Shown in pieces: positions 28,401 to 37,705 of a DNA stretch of 64,000 nt; within the stretch, counting starts at the first letter, position 1; the number at the start of each line of letters is the position of its first letter. The notes below the pieces were generated by a model that saw nothing but the letters and a program-made list of their open reading frames with translations, was not told the DNA's origin and ran no database searches. The stretch comes from a virus. The translations under genes and the position numbers were made by a program. Location: IMG/VR virus record IMGVR_UViG_3300028581_000013; one strand, 5' to 3'.

Positions 28401-31400
28401 GTTGGTGATACTGCAAATCCAGATTATGCTTGTGCCATTGATACATTCGAAAAATGTTTAAGACCTACATTTACATCAAATGTGGCTGATTATTTTACTG
28501 TTTCCACTCAAGGTGCTTTTAAATTAACACCAGGAAAACAAAACAATTATTTGTTCCTTAAAAATAATATTGTAACATTTTCTTATAATGAAGTACCTAT
28601 GGTATTTCAAAATGTTGCAACACAAATTATTAATATTAATCCATTTGAGCTCAGTCGTTTTATTGGTTACGCTCAATTAACCCCCTCAAGTGATGTTTGG
28701 TATGATACAAAAACTCAACCAATTGTTACATATAAAACACAACAAACTTCTGCCTGGGAAAATTTTGTTGATATTGTAGGATTAAAATCTCAGACATGGG
28801 AAGATTGGGACATACACTGGTCTGGCACATCATCAGCCACTTTATCAAGACTAGCAGAAAGAGAAAGTGTAATCACTACAGCAAGAGATGCTCAATCAGG
28901 TCGACCATCTTATACAACACCTAGTACTGTAAAATTTAGACAAACAATGTCTTGGATGTCTGTGCCTGGTGTGCGTTCATCAATCAGAACAACTAAAGTA
29001 GTTTCTAATGCAGTTGTTCCTTACGCAAGAAGTAAACCATTTGAATTTACTGTTTATGGTATGGCACCAAACACTTTATTACATGTGTTTATGAATGGTG
29101 TTTGTATTGATGCATATGTTACTCCAACTTACACTTCAACATCAAGTGTTCCATTTATTGATATTGTAAATGGTGGATCAGGATTAACTAATGGAAATGA
29201 CCTTTCTATTGTATCGATTACTGGTGCTAACACAATTCCTGCAATTGCTCGAGCTAACGTTTCTGGCGGTGCAATTACGAATGTTAGAATGTTACAAAAC
29301 GGCCGTGGTTATGATTTAACTACTGCAAACGTATCTTTAACAACATCATCTTATGCTGTGGCTCCAGTTTTGAGAATTAGACAATCTTCGTTTACTGGTG
29401 CAGAACTTGTAACAAATATTCATGGTGAAGCATCTGGTACAATATTGATACCAAATGATCGATTGGTTCATTTCCCAACGGGTGCTTTATCTGTTGAATT
29501 TACAGACAACTTCTTAAATCCTTCTAGATCACAAACATATGCTAAAGCAATATTCACAGCAAAAGGATTATTGGATACAAATGAAGATGTTGTTAGCACA
29601 AGACCTCCAGTAACAACTCCACAGATTCCACCTCCACCACCGCCTCCAATTAAGCCGGTGCCACCGCCAACTCCACCGGCACCGCCAGCTGTGGTGTTAC
29701 CACCACCTCCTCCTGCACCAACACCAGGTCCAGGAACTTATGGTATTGCTATTAGACCATCAACACAGATATATGGTGGTAGTGCATCGATTTATGCATA
29801 TTTGAATTCTGCTGCCGGTTCGAACACAACATTTACTGTTCCTATTGTTAGCACAATTCCTGGTGTTTCTGATTTCACTGCAAGTATAACAGTTCGAACC
29901 GGCAGCACAACAGGTCAAACTGTTCTGAATTTAACAGGTGCATCTGGTGGTACTGGAGGCACATTATCCGGAACATCAACAACTCAAAATGGTTATACAT
30001 TTACTGGAACTCAATCAAGTTTCACAATGTATAATCAAGCAACTACATCATCAACTGTTACTGCAGCTGCTGCTTTTGTTGCTGATGCCTATAACAATAC
30101 TTCATTAAGTTTTGTAGAAGGTAAAGCATTAATAACATCACAAATACAAAATCTAATGTTAACAAGTGGTGTGACGGCTGCAAATTCTGATTTATTAATC
30201 GGTATTACTGACAGTTTTGGTACAGGCACCAGTTCTGCAAACGATGGTTTATATGGTGCTTTGTATGCGGCTACAGGATCTATACCAACAGGAACGCAAA
30301 TGGCAGCCGTTTATTTGCACGCATATCAGTTGGCTTTAGCTGGTGATGCGACTTGGGAAACAAATACTGTTGCAAAGATACGAGATATTGTTGCACAATA
30401 TGGTCCAGAAGAATTAGTAACTTTAGCTGGCCAGTTTGCTACTGACCCAAGTAATTCATCACAATACTCTACAGCAAAAGGTTCAGTTGGTAATTGTGCA
30501 TTGGATGGAATTGATCCGTTATCACAAAACTTCTTTGTTAATCCAATTCAATTCCCAAGAGGTGTGTTTATTTCATCTGTAGATATACACTTTGCTACAA
30601 AGGATCCTGTTTCTCCTGTTAGTGTTCGTATTCGACCAACTGTTAATGGATATCCTGATGCTGAAACGGATATTCCTGATTCAGTCGTTTATTTGAATCC
30701 AAACGATATTGTTGTACCAGATCAAACTTTGATAGAACAAGCTCTTGGATTACCAACAACATTTACATTTAGTAATCCAATCTATTTGAAACCTGGTCAA
30801 TATTCATTAATGTTGGCAACCGATTCAAAACTTTATAATGTGTATGCTTCTAAAGTTGGTGAAACTCAATTTGGCACCGATAGAATTGTTTCACAAGTAA
30901 CATATAGTGGATCTTTATTCAGGTCACAGAATGCTTCAACTTGGGTTGCCGCACCAAATGAACAATTAGCATTTAAATTAAATATATGTGATTTTGCTGG
31001 AGGTCGAGGAACATTTGATACAACTTCAATAGCTTCAAACCCAGCAATTGAATATGATTTATTAAATCTAATGACTCAAGATTTAACATTTAGTAATTAT
31101 GGTTCTGTTGGTTATAAAATGTTGACTGTTGACAAAGGCACTTCAGTTCAATCTGGTGAAGTAAATGTGTTTGCAAATGAGAATAACGTTTTCAATACAA
31201 GACAAATTCACTCAGCAAATGGTAATATTATCATTCGTTCAACAATTGAAAACGTTGATAAATGGACATCTCCTGTTGTTGATCTAGAACGACTCAATGC
31301 AATATTGGTAAAAAATAATATTACTAATTATGTCAATGAATCATCAAATACTGCATTAGAACTTTTACCTGGCTTTGGCAACAATGGAAGTATTGCTAAA

Positions 31401-31778
31401 TATATAACAAAACGAGTAACACTTAATAATAACTTTGATTCATCTGGTTTAACAGTATTTTTAGATGTAAATCGTAGACCTGGAACAAAGATTGAAGTGT
31501 ACTATAAAGTTTTGAACTCAAATGACCAAAACAGTTTTGATAGTCAACCATATGTATTGATGAATCCTAAATTTACTGTTGGTGGAAGTTTAGAGTCTAC
31601 TGGAGTAAGTGATTATACAACAGATACCTATCAGGCACTAAACATTACATATAGTGATGTTTCTACTGGTTCAGTATATACAAACTTTAAAGTGTTTGCT
31701 ATTAAGATTGTGATGTATTCTGACAATCCAGCAATAGTTCCTAGAATTAAGAATTTTAGAGCAATCGCAACGGCATAA
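25428..31778 (+). CDS. very large VrlC-like (DUF4815-type) baseplate/structural protein, 2116 aa
   Basis: NFNVDPYYDDFD..KNFHRILFKPG.AVQARELTQ.Q, APGADR, RYTMRDIG.L.KRI.NLEYYTSL.LLE, DPLSQ.F, PRIKNFRAIA. Confidence 0.88.
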   Translation: MALNFNVDPYYDDFDDTKNFHRILFKPGFAVQARELTQAQTILQDQISKFGAGIYVDGSKVTGGNIFVDTNIITCKLTTGTTSEDILNYVGYYAVGVTSKFVTRVISVDDINLYIRTKSINTNNNKAFSSGETIKFFDSKNDALNSVMGYDIAPTYTATAITETNFSRFVTGTFLSKSLSVSSASISVGDNIVMTSINLNAYVTAITGVNSITINTPLTQDLTDATVTVYKKASVRALEVSVDDGVWFTSGYFVRHVASSIIPDQLNAFPSVVVGFEVEDEIVDTFTDSSLLDPAIGASNYQAPGADRYKISLTLVYKPYTSTQEVTNLTTNKFIELVRINAGVIESINDTPIFSEVQKSIARGIYDQSGDFFVNPFSLSIQDYFNEANVMPAAISTGKAYINGFRVEKIAPTQYELEKARDTESLTDQNISTYYGNYTLIKNLNGSIINFQQGVQVELHNAAFGAATSATKIGTARIRNFDYSSDTGQNSQYKAFLFNVGLNSNPFSNVRSMIIPGAANSYTSVTFSANTISPYTLVDSNYNSLIFALPQNNIANVNNINYETRRFFSAPTFVNGSYTINTNGSNEDFVGGSGSIPAAQRQLNFAVVTTSASGSYATGTFIPMDQANVSISISNSGVSAGQATINIGGGFNGSATIYATISVVGDSIKNKVIQYDTAVLASANTIGTPVSLGVADIYNFKGVYELGNTATYLGNWSEYTTYNSDSAVVYDSNVYVSLTTSNINRNPETQTAYWTQITNSIDEYYLNDGQKDAFYDHGTITNLTGSAQGNVVVVFDHFTHSGGTGFFTVDSYPVDYSDTPSFTSPQYGSNYNLRDIIDFRPRRDDGVGVSTFSTYQIPAPYENIYTDYNYYLGRKDKIVLYPTGVFKTIRGVSSYINPVVPADIPGTMTLFTLEYPPYTFSSNTVIITPSDLRRYTMRDIGVLDKRIGNLEYYTSLSLLEKEVTGSDITDENNENILFKNGFLVDSFTSHTVGDTANPDYACAIDTFEKCLRPTFTSNVADYFTVSTQGAFKLTPGKQNNYLFLKNNIVTFSYNEVPMVFQNVATQIININPFELSRFIGYAQLTPSSDVWYDTKTQPIVTYKTQQTSAWENFVDIVGLKSQTWEDWDIHWSGTSSATLSRLAERESVITTARDAQSGRPSYTTPSTVKFRQTMSWMSVPGVRSSIRTTKVVSNAVVPYARSKPFEFTVYGMAPNTLLHVFMNGVCIDAYVTPTYTSTSSVPFIDIVNGGSGLTNGNDLSIVSITGANTIPAIARANVSGGAITNVRMLQNGRGYDLTTANVSLTTSSYAVAPVLRIRQSSFTGAELVTNIHGEASGTILIPNDRLVHFPTGALSVEFTDNFLNPSRSQTYAKAIFTAKGLLDTNEDVVSTRPPVTTPQIPPPPPPPIKPVPPPTPPAPPAVVLPPPPPAPTPGPGTYGIAIRPSTQIYGGSASIYAYLNSAAGSNTTFTVPIVSTIPGVSDFTASITVRTGSTTGQTVLNLTGASGGTGGTLSGTSTTQNGYTFTGTQSSFTMYNQATTSSTVTAAAAFVADAYNNTSLSFVEGKALITSQIQNLMLTSGVTAANSDLLIGITDSFGTGTSSANDGLYGALYAATGSIPTGTQMAAVYLHAYQLALAGDATWETNTVAKIRDIVAQYGPEELVTLAGQFATDPSNSSQYSTAKGSVGNCALDGIDPLSQNFFVNPIQFPRGVFISSVDIHFATKDPVSPVSVRIRPTVNGYPDAETDIPDSVVYLNPNDIVVPDQTLIEQALGLPTTFTFSNPIYLKPGQYSLMLATDSKLYNVYASKVGETQFGTDRIVSQVTYSGSLFRSQNASTWVAAPNEQLAFKLNICDFAGGRGTFDTTSIASNPAIEYDLLNLMTQDLTFSNYGSVGYKMLTVDKGTSVQSGEVNVFANENNVFNTRQIHSANGNIIIRSTIENVDKWTSPVVDLERLNAILVKNNITNYVNESSNTALELLPGFGNNGSIAKYITKRVTLNNNFDSSGLTVFLDVNRRPGTKIEVYYKVLNSNDQNSFDSQPYVLMNPKFTVGGSLESTGVSDYTTDTYQALNITYSDVSTGSVYTNFKVFAIKIVMYSDNPAIVPRIKNFRAIATA

Positions 31779-31780
31779 CT

Positions 31781-31978
31781 ATGAGATTATATAAAGTTCA
31801 AGAACACGCCAATTTGGTAAAAGACATGGATAGTAAAGCTATATTAAATACTAATGCTGCTGCACTATTGGATTACAAAAAGAAACAAGAAATGAAAAAA
31901 GATATTGATTCTTTAAAATCTGACATTGGTGAGATGAAACAGATGTTAAATAAAATATTTTCAATGTTAGAAAAATAA
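31781..31978 (+). CDS. small coiled-coil protein following VrlC-like gene
   Basis: KV..H.NLVKD..SKAILNT, LKSDI.E.KQML. Confidence 0.75.
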   Translation: MRLYKVQEHANLVKDMDSKAILNTNAAALLDYKKKQEMKKDIDSLKSDIGEMKQMLNKIFSMLEK

Positions 31979-31993
31979 TACATAGGAATTTAA

Positions 31994-33997
31994 ATGGCTA
32001 ACACAGTTTTTTTATTAAATTTAAATAATACTTTTGAAGATTGGGTATCTGTAACCAATAATCTTGCAAAAGAAAATAATGATTTGGCAGCAAACAATTA
32101 TGTTAAACCTACTGGAACACTTTATTTAAATGATCCAAGTTTAGGTTTACAGGTTGCCAATGTGGCTGTGATTGCTGGCCAATTACAAGTTCAAGGAACA
32201 GGTTCTTCTGCTTATATACAAAACAACCTTCGTGTAGACCAACAAGTATATTTTACAAACACAACACTAGGACTAACAAATGCTGGTCCATCAATTTTTA
32301 GTGGTTTAATAACAGCAAATAGCACTGGTACTGGATTATTAGTTTCAAATAATGCAACAATCAATGGTTTTGCAAACATCAATAGTGTTATTGCCAATAC
32401 AGTAACATCTTCTGTAATTAATGTTAACACTTTAAATAGTGCTTATGTAAATGCTGCATTCTTACATGCAAACACAGGATTTAGTAAAGCTAACGCAGCC
32501 AACGTATTAGCACAAGCTGCTTTCAATCATGCTAACGGAAGTTACACTCACGCCAATGCAGCTTTTGATTTAGCAAATACAAAATTTGCAGCTGGTGGTG
32601 GTACAGTTGATGGTACTGTATCGATTACTGGTGGTTTAACTGTTGGTGGTAACTTCACAATTAACGGTGTAACAATTACTGATTCCAACACATTTACACT
32701 CAGAGCAAATACAGGAACAAATGACGGTCAATCGTCTTATTTGGTGATTAATAGACGTTCTGGTATGAGCCCAGCGTCAATGAATGCTGAAATTCGTTGG
32801 AATGATGCAAATTCGTATTGGGACTTACGAGATGTCAATAGTTCTAATACAACAACATATAACCAGATTATTACAACAAAGCATGTAGATAATTCTGTTT
32901 TATCAACCAACACATTTAACGTAGCAACATCGTTTGCTGCGAATACCATATTAAGATATGCTCAAGCAAATTACAATGCCACAAATGCAGCCTTTGTACA
33001 TGCAAATGCTTCTTATGATTATGCCAATACTGTTAATAACTATGCTCATGGAGCATATGCGTTTGCAAATACAACAAATGTAACTTTAACATTGTATGTA
33101 GCAAATACAGAAAGATATGCTCAAAGTGCCTATCAGCACGCAAATTCTGGCTTTAATCATGCCAATGCAGCATATCTTACTGCCAATTCAGCACAATCCA
33201 ATACCATTATTATTCAAGGTGTTGATACATGGCAAAACACTAGAATTACAGCTGTAGATACCTATGCTGCTTCTGGTTACTCACAAGCCAATGCAGCTAA
33301 TCAGTATGCACACTCAGCATACTCACAGGCTAACGCAACTAATAATATTACGTTCTCGGCATACACACATGCCAATGCAGCTTTTGTTCATGCTAATGCC
33401 TCATTTGCAGCTGCTAACAACGTATTTCCACAAGTTCAACCGGCATTTGCTCAGGCCAATGCGGCTACAATATTAGCTCAAGCTGCTTTTGAAACAGCAA
33501 ATCTTTCCGTTACGACAAATGCTACACAGAACACAAGATTGACCGTAGTTGAAACATTTTCCACATCTGGTTACGGACAAGCTAACGTTGCTACCACTCT
33601 TGCACAGGCTGCTTTTAATTCAGCTAATTCATCAGCGGCTGCTCTACAAAGTGTTCAATTACGAGCATACAAAGAATATGTAAATACTGCAACAGTTACC
33701 ACATCAACATATGCAATAAATCTAGCAGATTCCAACATTTTCAATTTAACTTTGGGTACCAATACAACACTTTCGTTCACTGGTGCACCGACTTCAGGAA
33801 ACTTGTTCTCTGTTACATTGATATTGACACAAGATGTTACGGGTGGCAGAGTTGTAACCTTGCCAACGGCTAAATACTCGGATGGTATTGCTCCGGCATT
33901 ATCTGTAGGTCCAAATGCAACAGATGTTTTGACCTATTTTACATTTAATGGTGGATCAACGTATTTTGGTGCTTTTGCTATGGCTAACGCCTACTAA
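31994..33997 (+). CDS. fibre protein with Ala/Asn heptad repeats
   Basis: NTFEDW...TN N-terminus; many A(F/Y)xxAN repeats; C-terminal LILTQD.TGGR.V...DVLTYFT..GG domain. Confidence 0.7.
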   Translation: MANTVFLLNLNNTFEDWVSVTNNLAKENNDLAANNYVKPTGTLYLNDPSLGLQVANVAVIAGQLQVQGTGSSAYIQNNLRVDQQVYFTNTTLGLTNAGPSIFSGLITANSTGTGLLVSNNATINGFANINSVIANTVTSSVINVNTLNSAYVNAAFLHANTGFSKANAANVLAQAAFNHANGSYTHANAAFDLANTKFAAGGGTVDGTVSITGGLTVGGNFTINGVTITDSNTFTLRANTGTNDGQSSYLVINRRSGMSPASMNAEIRWNDANSYWDLRDVNSSNTTTYNQIITTKHVDNSVLSTNTFNVATSFAANTILRYAQANYNATNAAFVHANASYDYANTVNNYAHGAYAFANTTNVTLTLYVANTERYAQSAYQHANSGFNHANAAYLTANSAQSNTIIIQGVDTWQNTRITAVDTYAASGYSQANAANQYAHSAYSQANATNNITFSAYTHANAAFVHANASFAAANNVFPQVQPAFAQANAATILAQAAFETANLSVTTNATQNTRLTVVETFSTSGYGQANVATTLAQAAFNSANSSAAALQSVQLRAYKEYVNTATVTTSTYAINLADSNIFNLTLGTNTTLSFTGAPTSGNLFSVTLILTQDVTGGRVVTLPTAKYSDGIAPALSVGPNATDVLTYFTFNGGSTYFGAFAMANAY

Positions 33998-34114
33998 AAT
34001 ACAAAAAGGTCTGGACGCTCGGAGCCCCAAAATTAATTTTTCGTGATTCCAAGATTCCAAAAAGCAATTTTAGTTTTAGTAGTTTTTTAATTAATTAAAA
34101 GGAGTAATAAAAAA

Positions 34115-34447
34115 ATGTCTTTTGTCAAAATTGATGATATTCATTTGTATGCTGGCTTAACAGCTGACGCAGCTGATTGTTATCGGGTTAAAAAGTGGAT
34201 GGATGACAACAACATCAACTTTGTTCATCTCTTTTATACCGATGAGAACCAATGTCAAGAAGTTATTGATACAGTAAATCTTTGGTTTGTAACTCCAGAC
34301 CAACCAGCTGCTATCACTAAGCTTCCCTTTATTGTTTATTGTGAAGTTGTTGAAGATTTGCCAATTTCACATTACCCAAGAAAAGTTTTAGTTGGATATG
34401 ATGAAATTACTAGCAAGTTAAAAGACCTTTACGCAATAGGCAGGTAA
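34115..34447 (+). CDS. glutaredoxin/thioredoxin-fold-like hypothetical protein
   Basis: AADC..VKKWMDDNNINF and LPFIV pattern; only one Cys at the active-site position. Confidence 0.5.
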   Translation: MSFVKIDDIHLYAGLTADAADCYRVKKWMDDNNINFVHLFYTDENQCQEVIDTVNLWFVTPDQPAAITKLPFIVYCEVVEDLPISHYPRKVLVGYDEITSKLKDLYAIGR

Positions 34448-34448
34448 G

Positions 34449-36206
34449 ATGCCTGTTGCCTTTCGCACACTTAAACAAGGTGTAGTAAGTTCTGGTTCAA
34501 GAACTTTCAATAGTCCTGGAAATTTTCAAATCCCTTTAGGCATAACACAAGTTAACCTATCGGGATTTGGTGCGCAAGGTATTCAAGGTGCAAGAGGTAA
34601 TACAGGAACACCGGGTACTATTGGAAATCCAGGAAATGCTGGGAATCCAGGTTCAAATGGCGTTGGTGGTCCAGGTGGTGTTGGCGGTAATGCAGGTGCA
34701 TTAGGTAATCCGGGAACAGCTGGTACAGCAGGAAATCCAGGTACAGCTGGCACTGCAGGTGCTGGTGGTAACGGTGGTGCTGGAGGTCCTGGAGGTTCAA
34801 GAGGAGTTACCTCACTTACAAATCGTGGAGTTTCTTGGTCAAATACTAGTGGATTTGTTGTTCAACCTGTAAATGCTCCTAGGGGACCTAGTGGTAATGC
34901 AGCAAGTGGTAGAGGAGGCACTGGAGGACTTGGAGCAGTACACAGCAGCCTTAGTCCAAGGTCTTATGGTATGACGGCTATTGGATCAGGAAGTGGAAAT
35001 GTTGTATATCCTCAATCAGCAATTGGAACTACAAATTTGGTCAGCAACACTATTTACACCCCTATTATGGGTGGTTATGGTGGTGATGGTGGATCAACTG
35101 GAGGGTCAGGATCACCAGGAAATCCAGGAACTCCAGGAAGTACCGGCACAGCAGGTACACCAGGAAGTGCAATTGTTACCGCAGGTTCTGGCGGTGCAGC
35201 GCCATCAACATGGGTTGGTAAAGACGGTACAGCAGGAAATCCAGGTAATGCAGGTAACTTTGGTTCATCAGGAACACCAGGAAATACTGGCGCAACTGGT
35301 ACACCAGGAAATTTAACATATTTTGACACAGTAAATAATTATACATGGAATGGTGGCGCTGGAGGATTAGGTGGCGCAGGAAGTCCTGGAGGATTAGCAG
35401 GACCAGGAACAGCTGGCGGTGCTGCTGGATTAATTGGAAATCCAGGAAATCAAGGTGCAACAGGAAATTCTGGAAATCCAGGAGCTAATGGCAATGGAGG
35501 TTTAGCTGGCAACGCTGGCGTAGGAAATCCAGGAACGGCTGGAAGTCAAGGTGGTGGAGGCGGTGGTGGCGGTGGTGGTGCAGCCGCTCTATATTGGGGC
35601 GCAGAAAATTCTCAATTTTGTTCGCCTTTAGGAAATAATCCTGGATTTTTTAATCCAGCATCAAGTCAGATGAATCATGTTTCTTGGTTTAATAATGCAA
35701 GATATAATTCAGGAACAGGAAATGCTACTGCTGGTCGTGCTGGTAATTCTAACAATTCTGGTTTTGGATTAGGTGGCGCTTCAGGAACAGCAAACTTTTC
35801 TTTCACACCATATCTCACTAATGATTATACAGGCATGTCACCTGTAGGAAGTCCAGGTGCAACGGGTGGTGCCGGTTCAGTAGGAAATGCTGGTGCAAAT
35901 GGAAATGCAACATCTGGTGGTGCTGGTGGTAACGGAAATGCTGGTTCGGCCGGCAATCCAGGAACTACCGGTGTTACTGGAAATATAGGAACAGGTGCAA
36001 CTTTAGGGGGTTCTGCTTCGCCAGCACCAACAACTTGGGACGGAAAAGATCCAGGACTTGGAGTGTTAGGTTCTACAGGTGATGCAGGTGAAACTAAGTC
36101 TTATAATTCAGTATCAGTAAATCGTAGAGGAATATATCCTATTGGAATAGGCACAGGAACAAATTCAGGATCAGTTACAGTATCTTGGAACAGAACAGTT
36201 AATTAA
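34449..36206 (+). CDS. collagen-like / Gly-rich (G-X-Y) virion protein
   Basis: Several G-X-Y runs (GNPGNAGNPGSNG, GSPGNPGTPGSTGTAGTPG) interrupted by poly-Gly and non-repeat loops. Confidence 0.8.
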   Translation: MPVAFRTLKQGVVSSGSRTFNSPGNFQIPLGITQVNLSGFGAQGIQGARGNTGTPGTIGNPGNAGNPGSNGVGGPGGVGGNAGALGNPGTAGTAGNPGTAGTAGAGGNGGAGGPGGSRGVTSLTNRGVSWSNTSGFVVQPVNAPRGPSGNAASGRGGTGGLGAVHSSLSPRSYGMTAIGSGSGNVVYPQSAIGTTNLVSNTIYTPIMGGYGGDGGSTGGSGSPGNPGTPGSTGTAGTPGSAIVTAGSGGAAPSTWVGKDGTAGNPGNAGNFGSSGTPGNTGATGTPGNLTYFDTVNNYTWNGGAGGLGGAGSPGGLAGPGTAGGAAGLIGNPGNQGATGNSGNPGANGNGGLAGNAGVGNPGTAGSQGGGGGGGGGGAAALYWGAENSQFCSPLGNNPGFFNPASSQMNHVSWFNNARYNSGTGNATAGRAGNSNNSGFGLGGASGTANFSFTPYLTNDYTGMSPVGSPGATGGAGSVGNAGANGNATSGGAGGNGNAGSAGNPGTTGVTGNIGTGATLGGSASPAPTTWDGKDPGLGVLGSTGDAGETKSYNSVSVNRRGIYPIGIGTGTNSGSVTVSWNRTVN

Positions 36207-36228
36207 TTTTTTTTGAAAGTGGATTATT

Positions 36229-36825
36229 ATGTTATATGCGATTGCACCGTCACCAAATTTTGGCATAACAGAACAAGATTTCGTAACTTGGAATGGTGGG
36301 TTTACTGATGAAGAAATATCTAAGATAATAGAACTAGGAGATTCTTTAGAGAAAGAAGATTCTAAGATAGATGCTGGTGAGGTTTCTCCAAAAGATGTGC
36401 GAATAAGTGACATATCTTGGATACACCCCAGTGAAAAGAATGTATGGATATTTAATAAATTATCTTGGATATTAAGGCAGTTGAACGGACAATTTTATCG
36501 ATTTAATATTACTGGATTCAATGAATCTATACAATATACAACATATTATGGTAAACAAGAAGAAGGTGGTCATTATCGGTGGCACGCAGATCACGGACAA
36601 GATGCACCAAGAAAGTTATCAATGGTATTACAGTTGAGTGACCCAAGTGAATATGAGGGCGGTAATTTAGAAATATTGTCTAGTCAAGGAGAAGTATTGA
36701 CTGTAGATAAAAAGAAAGGATTTTTAGCAATGTTTCCTTCTTTTAAAACACACAGAGTAACACCAGTTACTTCAGGAATTAGAAAAAGTTTAGTAGTTTG
36801 GGCTACTGGTCCAGCGTTTGTATAA
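36229..36825 (+). CDS. 2OG-Fe(II) oxygenase (PKHD/prolyl-hydroxylase-like)
   Basis: HYRWHAD (HxD), RKLS..LQLS....YEGG.L, FPSF..HRVTPVTSG.RKSLV.W. Confidence 0.92.
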   Translation: MLYAIAPSPNFGITEQDFVTWNGGFTDEEISKIIELGDSLEKEDSKIDAGEVSPKDVRISDISWIHPSEKNVWIFNKLSWILRQLNGQFYRFNITGFNESIQYTTYYGKQEEGGHYRWHADHGQDAPRKLSMVLQLSDPSEYEGGNLEILSSQGEVLTVDKKKGFLAMFPSFKTHRVTPVTSGIRKSLVVWATGPAFV

Positions 36826-36859
36826 CCTAAATATAATAGTTAACTATAAGTAAAATAAG

Positions 36860-37198
36860 ATGCCGGCAGCCTATTCAAATCTATACATCGAACAAGGTAC
36901 TTCTTTCACTACGACAATCACCGTTGATGATGTCTATGGAGATGTCTTTGATTTGACAAACTATACGGCTCAGAGCCAAATTCGTAAGTCACATTATTCC
37001 GCTAACACCACGGCTACGTTTACTACGAGTGTCAATTCTGGTCAAGGTTCAATTACTCTTAGTTTATCTTCAGCAGTAACGGCAAATATTGCCCCAGGTC
37101 GTTATGTTTATGATACCAAAATTATTGGAACAAATAATGGCCAAATTACAAGAATATTGGAAGGTTCTGTAGATGTTTCTCCATCAGTTACGAGGTAA
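36860..37198 (+). CDS. small Ig-like structural adaptor protein
   Basis: NLYIEQG.SF, DLT.YTA.SQIRK, GRYVYD, RILEG...VSP.VTR. Confidence 0.7.
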   Translation: MPAAYSNLYIEQGTSFTTTITVDDVYGDVFDLTNYTAQSQIRKSHYSANTTATFTTSVNSGQGSITLSLSSAVTANIAPGRYVYDTKIIGTNNGQITRILEGSVDVSPSVTR

Positions 37199-37201
37199 AA
37201 A

Positions 37202-37429
37202 ATGCCAGATCAAACCATAGGAACAGTAAGAGTACAAGTAGGTACAACAGTTAATCCAAGAGTTAGCTCGATTAATTATGGCGGTTCAGGTACAATTAAA
37301 GGTGCTACTGATGTTGATGTTAGAGGTGCTGCAGACGGAGAAGTTCTGGTATATAGAGCTGCAACCGATTCGTTTATTGTTGCACCAGTATCGGCCGCTG
37401 TGGCTGGACTAGACGCAGGAACATTCTAA
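37202..37429 (+). CDS. small fibre-connector protein
   Basis: DV....A.DG.VLVY motif; ends LDAGTF. Confidence 0.65.
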   Translation: MPDQTIGTVRVQVGTTVNPRVSSINYGGSGTIKGATDVDVRGAADGEVLVYRAATDSFIVAPVSAAVAGLDAGTF

Positions 37430-37666
37430 GTGTCCAATACATCAATACAAATACTTCGGTCGTATGCAAATACGAGACCAACAACTCTCAATGATGGTGA
37501 GTTGGCTTATTCTTTTATAGCCAATACACTTTATATTGGTGATAGGACTGGTCAAATTATTAGAATTGGTGGTCTCACAACCACCGAAAATGCAGCAAAT
37601 ACAATAGTTCTAAGAGATTCAGCAGGTAATATAAATGTAGCTACCGTAGACGGTGGAAATTTCTAA
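37430..37666 (+). CDS. minimal fibre segment (gp37-N-like domain plus DGGNF tail)
   Basis: GTG start; IQILRS....RPTTL.DGELAYS....TLYIG; ends VDGGNF. Confidence 0.7.
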   Translation: MSNTSIQILRSYANTRPTTLNDGELAYSFIANTLYIGDRTGQIIRIGGLTTTENAANTIVLRDSAGNINVATVDGGNF

Positions 37667-37705
37667 ATAGTAATAGTGGTTAACGCCTAATAATAAGGAA
37701 AACAA

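Noticed and set aside
29604-30512. Intein in the VrlC-like protein (an Asn-Cys dipeptide precedes DPL)
   Set aside because: No N-terminal C/S splice block, no TxxH block, no penultimate His and no homing endonuclease motifs
34449-36206. Mycobacterial PE_PGRS gene or host contamination
   Set aside because: No PE domain, AT-rich codon usage like its neighbours, and embedded in the phage structural operon
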